Assembly (NCBI GenBank): GCA_021151765.1
Contig: JAGKWR010000009.1
Coordinates: 8,525 to 72,524, forward strand
Direction: 5' to 3'
DNA: 64,000 bases
Source of the DNA: Alphaproteobacteria bacterium
Lineage (GTDB): Bacteria > Pseudomonadota > Alphaproteobacteria > Rickettsiales > UBA1997
The notes under the pieces were generated by a model. It had not been told where the DNA came from. It saw only the letters and a program-made list of their open reading frames with translations, and searched no databases. Shown in pieces: positions 57,378 to 64,000 of this stretch. Both the position numbers and the translations under genes were made by a program. Position 1 is the first letter of the stretch, and every line of letters starts with the position of its first letter.

Positions 57378-58457
57378 ATGAAGCTTCTTGTTCTAAAGGA
57401 AAATATTGCTAGCGAAAAAAGAGTTGCTCTTACGCCGGACTTGGTTGGTAAATATATAAAGCTAGGCGTTGAGGTTTTTGTTGAGTCAAATGCTGGTGTA
57501 AATTCTTCTATTTCAGATGATTTATATGAAAAATCTGGTGCTAAAGTTGTACTTGATATTGATCAGATTATTCCAGAGATAGACGTTGTAATTTCAGTTC
57601 AAAGATCAGAACTAAATTTTTCAAAAGTAAAAGAGGGTCTGATTTTCATTTCAGTTTTCAATCCTTACTTGCAAAAAGAAAAAGTTGTCAATTTGTTAAA
57701 TAATAAGGTTCTGCCTTTTTCTCTTGATTTAATGCCAAGAATTACGCGTGCTCAAAGTATGGATGTGCTTTCTTCACAAAGTAATTTATCTGGCTATGTT
57801 TCAGTTTTAGAAGCTGTTAATAACCTACCGAAAGTGGTACCAATGATGATGACTGCTGCGGGTACTATTTCGGCAGCTAAATTTATGGTAATTGGTGCCG
57901 GAGTTGCTGGATTGCAAGCAATAGCAACCGCCAAAAGATTGGGTGGAATAGTTTGTGCTTTTGATGTTCGTACTGCTGCAAAAGAGCAAGTTCAAAGCTT
58001 GGGTGCCAAGTTTATTGAAGTAAAATCTGAAGAAAATAATGATGGAGTATATGCAAAAGAAGCAAGTGAAGAATACAAAAAAAGACAGGAACAACTATTA
58101 AAAGAAGTAATTCAGAATCAGGATGTTGTCATAACTACGGCTCTGATTCCTGGAAAAAATGCACCTATTTTGATTTCGGAAGAAATGGTTAGAATGATGA
58201 AAAAAGGATCTGTAATTGTAGATATCGCTGCAGTCAACGGTGGCAACTGTGCTCTTACTAAAAAAGGTGAAATTGTTGAAGTTAACGGTGTAAAAATAAT
58301 TGGTCATGAAAATTTCCCAAGCTTTGTTTCTTCAGATGCTAGTAAATTATTTGCAAAAAACGTACTAAATTTCTTTGAGTTGATGGTCAATAAAGAAAAA
58401 AGCGAGATTTTTATTGATCGTGAAGATGAAATCATAAAAGCAACTTTGCTTCAATAA
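57378..58457 (+). CDS. pntAA: NAD(P) transhydrogenase subunit alpha part 1 (dI domain)
   Basis: RVALTPDLV...SQSNLSGY...VIGAGVAGLQAIATAKRLGG...DVR, with no membrane segment. Matches the split PntAA of alphaproteobacteria. Confidence 0.85.
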   Translation: MKLLVLKENIASEKRVALTPDLVGKYIKLGVEVFVESNAGVNSSISDDLYEKSGAKVVLDIDQIIPEIDVVISVQRSELNFSKVKEGLIFISVFNPYLQKEKVVNLLNNKVLPFSLDLMPRITRAQSMDVLSSQSNLSGYVSVLEAVNNLPKVVPMMMTAAGTISAAKFMVIGAGVAGLQAIATAKRLGGIVCAFDVRTAAKEQVQSLGAKFIEVKSEENNDGVYAKEASEEYKKRQEQLLKEVIQNQDVVITTALIPGKNAPILISEEMVRMMKKGSVIVDIAAVNGGNCALTKKGEIVEVNGVKIIGHENFPSFVSSDASKLFAKNVLNFFELMVNKEKSEIFIDREDEIIKATLLQ

Positions 58458-58472
58458 ATAAAATATAGTCTG

Positions 58473-59855
58473 ATGGTGCTCGATAAAAAACAGGAATCTG
58501 GCTATGAATCTGAGTTTGGCATAGACCAAAACATTAAAAATCGTATTTTGAATTCACTCGAAAACGATTTAACCACTCAAGTTAAAAAGCTATTTTTAGA
58601 ACTTCATCCAGCTGATCAGGCTGACTTTCTGTCATCTCTTAACTTTGAGCAAAGAATTAAACTAGTCGCAACTATTGCCAGTGAGTTTGATCCAGAAATT
58701 TTGACATACCTAGATGATGATCTTAAAAGTGATGTAATTGATCTTTTAGGTAGTAAAAATTCAGCAAAAGCAATTGATCAACTTGAAGTTGATGATGCAG
58801 TTCAAGTTATTGAGACTTTAGAAAATGAAGGAATAAGTGAGATTCTGGATCATGTCTCGGAAGAAAAACGTAGTGAGATTGAAGAAGCTCTTTCTTATCC
58901 AGAAAATTCTATCGGTCGTTTGATGCAACAAAATTTTGTTGCAGTTAAACAGGATTGGAGTGTTGCGCAAGCTACATATCACTTACAGAATGCAGAAGAT
59001 TTGCCTGAAGATTTTCATAATATTGTTATTGTAGATGACGATTTTCGTCCAATTTCTGAAGTTAGTGTTAGCAGAATACTTAAAAAGAAGAAGCACGTTT
59101 TGATGTCAGAGATTATGTCTGACAAAGAAGAAATAATGGTTTTATCAGCCAATATGGATAAAGAAGAGGGGGCCCAACTCTTCAGTAAATACTCTTTAGA
59201 TTATGCACCAGTTATTGATGAAAAAGGAGTTTTAGTGGGTGTGATATATGCCAATGATGTGATTGATATTTTGCAAGAAGAAGCTGAAGAGGATATTCTT
59301 TTGCTTGGTGGTGTGAATGACAGTAATCTTCACGCTTCTTCTTTTACAACTGCAAGATCACGAATTTCTTGGTTATCAACTAGCCTTATAACTAATTTGT
59401 TTTCCGCTACAATCATTGCATTTTTTGCGGATCAAATCCAAAAGATTGTCGCTCTTGCAGCGCTTTTACCAATTGTTTCATCTCTTTCCGGTAATTCTGG
59501 AACACAGGCCTTAACAGTATTGGTTAGATCAATTGCTACAAAAGAAATTGATAATATCGCCATAACAAAACTTTTCGCTAAAGAATTATTTGTGGCATTT
59601 CTAAATGGATTATCACTGGCTTTAATAGCCGGAATAGCCTGTTATTTTTGGCAACATAATTTACATTTAAGTGTAGTTTTTGCTTCTGCTATTTTAGCGG
59701 CAATAACTTTATCTGGATTCTTCGGTGTATTTATTCCTCTGGTTTTGCATAGATTAAAGTTCGACCCCGCAATTTCATCTGGAGTATTTCTTACTACAAT
59801 GACAGATATGTTTTCTTTTTTGACTCTGCTTGGATTAGCAACAATAGTGATGTAG
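58473..59855 (+). CDS. mgtE: magnesium transporter MgtE
   Basis: MgtE_N region, tandem CBS domains and a 5-TM C-terminal channel domain (...PLVLHRLKFDPAISSGVFLTTMTD). Confidence 0.9.
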   Translation: MVLDKKQESGYESEFGIDQNIKNRILNSLENDLTTQVKKLFLELHPADQADFLSSLNFEQRIKLVATIASEFDPEILTYLDDDLKSDVIDLLGSKNSAKAIDQLEVDDAVQVIETLENEGISEILDHVSEEKRSEIEEALSYPENSIGRLMQQNFVAVKQDWSVAQATYHLQNAEDLPEDFHNIVIVDDDFRPISEVSVSRILKKKKHVLMSEIMSDKEEIMVLSANMDKEEGAQLFSKYSLDYAPVIDEKGVLVGVIYANDVIDILQEEAEEDILLLGGVNDSNLHASSFTTARSRISWLSTSLITNLFSATIIAFFADQIQKIVALAALLPIVSSLSGNSGTQALTVLVRSIATKEIDNIAITKLFAKELFVAFLNGLSLALIAGIACYFWQHNLHLSVVFASAILAAITLSGFFGVFIPLVLHRLKFDPAISSGVFLTTMTDMFSFLTLLGLATIVM

Positions 59856-60060
59856 TAATTCTTTGTCAAAATTGTAAATTATAAACTTCAATAATTAAAT
59901 GCCTTATTTTTAAGGTTAGGGTGCTTATCTCTTAAAGTTAATTATCAGAAAATACATAATAAGTTTTTTTTAAAAAACCACGATATTAAAAATTGCGCAT
60001 TATTTTTTTGATTATTATAAAAAGTTTTGAACCTCTTTTGACCTAAAAATTCAAATTCCC

Positions 60061-61758
60061 ATGAAAACAACTAGAAGAACAAAAAGCTCAGATATGTCAC
60101 TTAACATTAACATTCCTCAGCCTGAATTATTAAAGCCAAAAATTACAATTTTTGGTGTTGGTGGTGCCGGAGGAAACGCAATCAATAATATGATTCGTTC
60201 TAATCTAGAAGGTGTAGAATTTATTGCTGCTAATACAGATGCTCAATCTTTATCAAATTCACTTGCACCTAATAGAATTCAGCTCGGTGTTGTTACAACT
60301 AAAGGTCTAGGTGCTGGTTCTTTTCCAGATCGTGGACGTGTTGCTGCAGAAGAAAATATTGAAGAGATAGAAAAATATTTAGAAGGTAGCAATATGGTAT
60401 TTATTGCTGCTGGAATGGGAGGTGGAACTGGAACAGGTGCTGCACCAGTGATCGCCAAACTAGCTAGAGAAAGAGAAGTTTTGACTGTTGGTGTTGTTAC
60501 AAAACCTTTTCATTTTGAAGGCAAATATCGTATGGAAACAGCTGAGGCTGGGATTGAAGAATTAAAAAAATACGTAGACACTTTAATCATTATTCCAAAT
60601 CAAAATTTGTTCAGAATTGCTAACGAGAATACAACTTTTGAATCAGCTTTTAAAATGGCTGATGACGTTTTGCATGCTGGCGTTCGTGGTGTAACTGATT
60701 TGATTACTATGCCTGGCTTAGTGAATCTAGATTTTGCTGATATTAGAACTATCATGACTAAAATGGGCAAAGCTATGATGGGAACTGGTGAAGCTGAAGG
60801 CCCAAATCGTGCAATAGCAGCTTGTGAGGCGGCAATTTCTAATCCGTTGCTTGATGATATCTCGATTAAAGGTGCTAAAGGAGTTTTAGTTAACATGACT
60901 GGCGGTCCAGATATGACTCTTTTTGAAGCTGATTTAGCTGTTAATACAATTCGCAAAGAAGTTGACTCAAATGCTAATATTATTTTCGGTTCTGCTTTTA
61001 ACGAAAATATGAAAGGCAAAATCAGAATTTCTGTAGTTGCTACAGGAATTGATGAGGACGAATATAGAAAAGATATTGATAAATCAGTTGAGATAAAAGA
61101 CTCTAGTCGCTTTAAAATTGAGGCTCCAGAACTTTCATCTAAAAAATTAGATACTTCACTAACTGGTAAAAGTTTTTTTAATCCAGGATCTATAATTGCT
61201 CCTGTCGAAGATAAAATAGAAGAAATTGTTGAGACAGATTTGAAACCAAAACAAAATTTTCTGAAAGAACCAAATTTAAATTACGGACAAGATCTTCCTA
61301 AGAAAATTGTTGAAGAAAAAACTTCGAATCAATCAAACTTCTTTCCTCAAGTTGAAATTGAAGCAGAAACAAAACAAGTAGAAGAAGAATTAGTATTAGA
61401 AGAGGTTAATTCAAAACCGAATAAAGCTTTAAAAACTCCGGTAAGAAAAGAAAGAAAAGATAACGGATTTAGTTTGTTCAGCTTTATGAATAATTCAAAA
61501 GCTAAATCATCTTCAATAGAGGAAGAAGAAGTGCAGTTTTCAGATATAATTTCGGAATCTTCTATTTTTAAACAAGAATCTGTTGTTCAAAACAAAAACC
61601 AATCCTTAATTACTCAAGAAAAGACCCAAGAAGCTGAAAGAAAACATCAAGAATTCTTCGGCTCAACTGTATTTGATGAAGAAAAAGAAATAACCGAAGA
61701 CAAAGTTGACGATGATATTTTGAACGTCCCAGCATTTTTTAGAAGAAGAAACGGTTAA
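60061..61758 (+). CDS. ftsZ: cell division protein FtsZ with long disordered linker
   Basis: [33 protein letters not shown]. About 230-aa E/K/S/N-rich linker and a C-terminal peptide [14 protein letters not shown]. The start could instead be ATG 60094. Confidence 0.95.
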   Translation: MKTTRRTKSSDMSLNINIPQPELLKPKITIFGVGGAGGNAINNMIRSNLEGVEFIAANTDAQSLSNSLAPNRIQLGVVTTKGLGAGSFPDRGRVAAEENIEEIEKYLEGSNMVFIAAGMGGGTGTGAAPVIAKLAREREVLTVGVVTKPFHFEGKYRMETAEAGIEELKKYVDTLIIIPNQNLFRIANENTTFESAFKMADDVLHAGVRGVTDLITMPGLVNLDFADIRTIMTKMGKAMMGTGEAEGPNRAIAACEAAISNPLLDDISIKGAKGVLVNMTGGPDMTLFEADLAVNTIRKEVDSNANIIFGSAFNENMKGKIRISVVATGIDEDEYRKDIDKSVEIKDSSRFKIEAPELSSKKLDTSLTGKSFFNPGSIIAPVEDKIEEIVETDLKPKQNFLKEPNLNYGQDLPKKIVEEKTSNQSNFFPQVEIEAETKQVEEELVLEEVNSKPNKALKTPVRKERKDNGFSLFSFMNNSKAKSSSIEEEEVQFSDIISESSIFKQESVVQNKNQSLITQEKTQEAERKHQEFFGSTVFDEEKEITEDKVDDDILNVPAFFRRRNG

Positions 61759-61762
61759 TTAA

Positions 61763-62392
61763 ATGACACAAATTTATTTGATCAGCCCGCCGCAAATTGA
61801 GTTAAAACAATTCGCGGCGGAACTGGAGAAAGCTTTGAAAACTAATTTAGTTCCGGTTTTTCAGATGCGTTTGAAAGGTTATGAAAGAGAGGAAGTTGCT
61901 AAAATTTCTCGTGAGTTATTGAAAATCTGTCAGGCAAATAATACTCAATTTATCGTCAATGATGATTTCGATTTGGCTCTAGAAATAGGAGCTCATGGTG
62001 TTCATCTCGGCGTAGAAGATGGTTCGATTAAATTAGCACGTCAAAAATCACTAAAAGTTAATCCTAATTTTGTTATTGGCGCAAGCTGTTATGACTCGCG
62101 TCATTTGGCTATGGAAGCTGGAGAGCAGGGCGCGGATTACATTTCATTTGGTGCTTTTTTTGAAAGTAAAACTAAAAAATCGCGCGGTAAACCAACCCTA
62201 GAGATTTTAGATTGGGCCAATGAAATCACTAATTTGCCGATTGTTGCGATTGGTGGAATTAATGATGAAAACTGTCCGCCACTTGTAAAGTCTGGTGCTG
62301 ATTTTTTGGCATTTATTTCCTACGTTTGGGATAATCAAAAAGGTGTTGCGGAAGCTTTGAAAAGATTAGATGCTGCGATCAAATCTGCTTAA
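61763..62392 (+). CDS. thiE: thiamine-phosphate synthase
   Basis: TIM-barrel ThiE pattern: IYLISPP..., FIVNDDFDLALEIGAHGVHLG, VAIGGI. Confidence 0.8.
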   Translation: MTQIYLISPPQIELKQFAAELEKALKTNLVPVFQMRLKGYEREEVAKISRELLKICQANNTQFIVNDDFDLALEIGAHGVHLGVEDGSIKLARQKSLKVNPNFVIGASCYDSRHLAMEAGEQGADYISFGAFFESKTKKSRGKPTLEILDWANEITNLPIVAIGGINDENCPPLVKSGADFLAFISYVWDNQKGVAEALKRLDAAIKSA

Positions 62393-63039
62393 TTCCTAAA
62401 ATCTTCTAAACGTTTTATCTGTTTTCCTTCAGCATCAAAATTCTTTTCATCAAGCCAAGATTCAAATTCTTTTTTGCGAGTTGGCCATTCTGATTCGATA
62501 ATTGAAAAAAGTGCGGAGTCACGGCTTTTGCCTTTTGTTATCCAGTGATTACGAATTATTCCTTCAAAAACAAATCCAAATCTTTTCGCAGCTTTTTTTG
62601 AGGGTTCATTTTCGGTGTGACATTTCCATTGTAATCTTCGTACTGCCAAATCTTCAAAAGCGTAACAACTCAACAAAAAGACTGCTTCACTGGCAATTGT
62701 GGTTTTTTGCAATTTTTTGGAAAAGAAAATACCACCAATTTCAATTGTGGCATTTTGAAGATCGCAATCCATTAAGCAAAAAGCCCCGAGATATTTTTGT
62801 CTATGATCAGAAATTGCGTAGTAAAATCTTGATGGGTTATTTTCGTATGATTCTAACCATTTGAGAAAATCCTTGTTACTATTACATGGACCAGATGAGA
62901 GATAAGTCCAAATTTCATCATCACTTCCAGTTTCCAGCCATAAATCATCGCCGTGTTTTGCAACATCAAGTGGTTCAAGTCGACAATATTTGCCTTCAAG
63001 CACAACTTTTTGCGGCAATGATTTGGCTGGTTTAACCAT
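62389..63039 (-). CDS. GNAT-family N-acetyltransferase (RimJ/RimL-like)
   Basis: GKYCRLEPL...IEIGGIFFSKKLQKT...RLQWKCHTENEPSKKAAKRFGFVFEG, an Acetyltransf_3-like pattern. Confidence 0.7.
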   Translation of the reverse strand: MVKPAKSLPQKVVLEGKYCRLEPLDVAKHGDDLWLETGSDDEIWTYLSSGPCNSNKDFLKWLESYENNPSRFYYAISDHRQKYLGAFCLMDCDLQNATIEIGGIFFSKKLQKTTIASEAVFLLSCYAFEDLAVRRLQWKCHTENEPSKKAAKRFGFVFEGIIRNHWITKGKSRDSALFSIIESEWPTRKKEFESWLDEKNFDAEGKQIKRLEDFRN

Positions 63040-63042
63040 TTT

Positions 63043-64000
63043 TTACAAACCGTGTTTTTTTACTAAAACTTCAGCGATTTGTACAGCGTTCAAAGCAGCA
63101 CCTTTTCTTAAGTTGTCAGAAACAACCCAAAGTGACAAGCCGTGAGCAACGGATTTATCTTCGCGAATTCTTGAAACGAAAACGGGATCTTGCGTTGAAA
63201 TTTCAACCGGAGTTACAAATTTCATTTCTTGCGGACGATCGATAACCACAACGCCTTCAGAATCATCTAAAAGTTTACGAGCTTGCGACGCTGAAATTGG
63301 TTTTTCAAATTCAACGTTTACGGCTTCTGAGTGACAATTAAACACTGGAACGCGCACGCAAGTTGCTTCAACTTTAATATTTGGATCGAGAATTTTTTGC
63401 GTCTCAACTTTCATTTTCCATTCTTCTTTAGTAACGCCGTCATCCATGAAAACGTCGATTTGTGGAATAACGTTGAAAGCAATTCTTTTGCTGAATTTTT
63501 TCGGCTCTAAAAATTGGTTAGCGTAGATTTTTTTAGTTGAGTCGTAAAGTTCATCCATCGCTTCTTTTCCAGCGCCAGAAACGGCTTGGTAAGTTGCAAC
63601 TACGATACGTTTGATTTTAGCAACATCGTGAAGTGGTTTCAAAGCAACCAACATTTGAATAGTTGAACAATTTGGATTGGCGATGATGCCGCGTTTTTTG
63701 TAGTCAGCGATTGCTTCAGGGTTAACTTCAGGAACAACCAAAGGAATATCTTTTTCCATTCTAAAATGCGAAGTATTGTCAACAACAACGCAACCTTGAG
63801 CTGCAGCGCGTGGCGCATGAACAGCAGAAACTTTTCCACCAGGAGAAAACAAAGCAATTGAAGTGCCAGTGAAATCGTAATCGTCTAAAACTTGTACCGT
63901 TAATTCCTTGTCGCCGTAAGAAACTTTTTTGCCCAAAGAATTAGCTGAAGCCAAAGCAACAACTTCATCAGCAGGGAAATTTCTTTCTGCTAAAATGTTT
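63043..64000 (-). CDS. asd: aspartate-semialdehyde dehydrogenase; 5' end beyond the window
   Basis: IANPNCSTIQM (active-site Cys) and VRVPVFNCHSEAV. The frame stays open to base 64000 (...NILAERNFPADEVVALASANSLGK). Confidence 0.9.
   Translation of the reverse strand, partial: NILAERNFPADEVVALASANSLGKKVSYGDKELTVQVLDDYDFTGTSIALFSPGGKVSAVHAPRAAAQGCVVVDNTSHFRMEKDIPLVVPEVNPEAIADYKKRGIIANPNCSTIQMLVALKPLHDVAKIKRIVVATYQAVSGAGKEAMDELYDSTKKIYANQFLEPKKFSKRIAFNVIPQIDVFMDDGVTKEEWKMKVETQKILDPNIKVEATCVRVPVFNCHSEAVNVEFEKPISASQARKLLDDSEGVVVIDRPQEMKFVTPVEISTQDPVFVSRIREDKSVAHGLSLWVVSDNLRKGAALNAVQIAEVLVKKHGL

Noticed and set aside
92-63857. Many 60-160-aa ORFs in the six-frame track lie antisense or out of frame inside strongly recognisable genes. 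Examples are 92-274, 563-766, 1386-1778, 8533-8760, 10952-11278, 14714-15055, 20973-21461, 25684-26088, 40053-40358, 60600-61019 and 62502-62864.
   Set aside because: Each is fully embedded in a gene with clear family motifs on the other strand or frame. Their translations are low-complexity or mirror-image compositions with no motifs. This is typical of spurious ORFs.

Overview
This is a 64-kb chromosomal segment from an AT-rich Gram-negative bacterium. It is most likely an alphaproteobacterium with a reduced, possibly intracellular lifestyle (Rickettsiales- or Holosporales-like). The clues are an FtsZ with a very long linker ending in [12 protein letters not shown], a stand-alone PntAA, a 1613-aa NAD-glutamate dehydrogenase, and lpxC/bamE/skp.

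Coding is dense on both strands, and many gene pairs overlap by 1-11 nt. I call about 62 protein genes, 2 tRNAs (Pro-UGG, Leu-GAG), 2 clear rho-independent terminators and 1 multi-frameshifted gene remnant. I found no rRNA, CRISPR array, transposase or integrase.

Most of the content is housekeeping:
- Lipid and envelope synthesis: fabH-plsX-rpmF, lpxC, bamE, skp.
- Cell wall and division: ddl-ftsQ-ftsA, amiC-mrcA, and ftsZ at a separate site.
- Replication and repair: mfd and dnaE.
- Cofactor and central metabolism: folE, dxr, thiL, thiE, glmS, asd, kbl, gdhB.
- Transport: zntB, mgtE, kefB-like, TerC.
- Signalling: one OmpR/HK pair.

The most interesting loci are:
1. A compact MNIO(DUF692)/DUF2063 RiPP operon at 6.2-8.2 kb. 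Its precursor is lipobox-bearing, contains Cys and has a Lys/Glu-rich tail. A promoter-embedded inverted repeat sits next to it.
2. A dnaE ORF that ends about three quarters of the way through the protein, 1 nt before mfd.
3. A more AT-rich surface-glycan cluster at 39-46.6 kb next to tRNA-Pro. It carries teichoic-acid-type genes (tagD, tagF-like), asnB, an rgpF-like gene and rfbA, plus an eroded gene.
4. A lipidated subtilisin autotransporter.
5. A GC-rich nested-hairpin element between ftsA and the mfd operon.

All functional calls come from motif and family recognition by eye. No database search was run.
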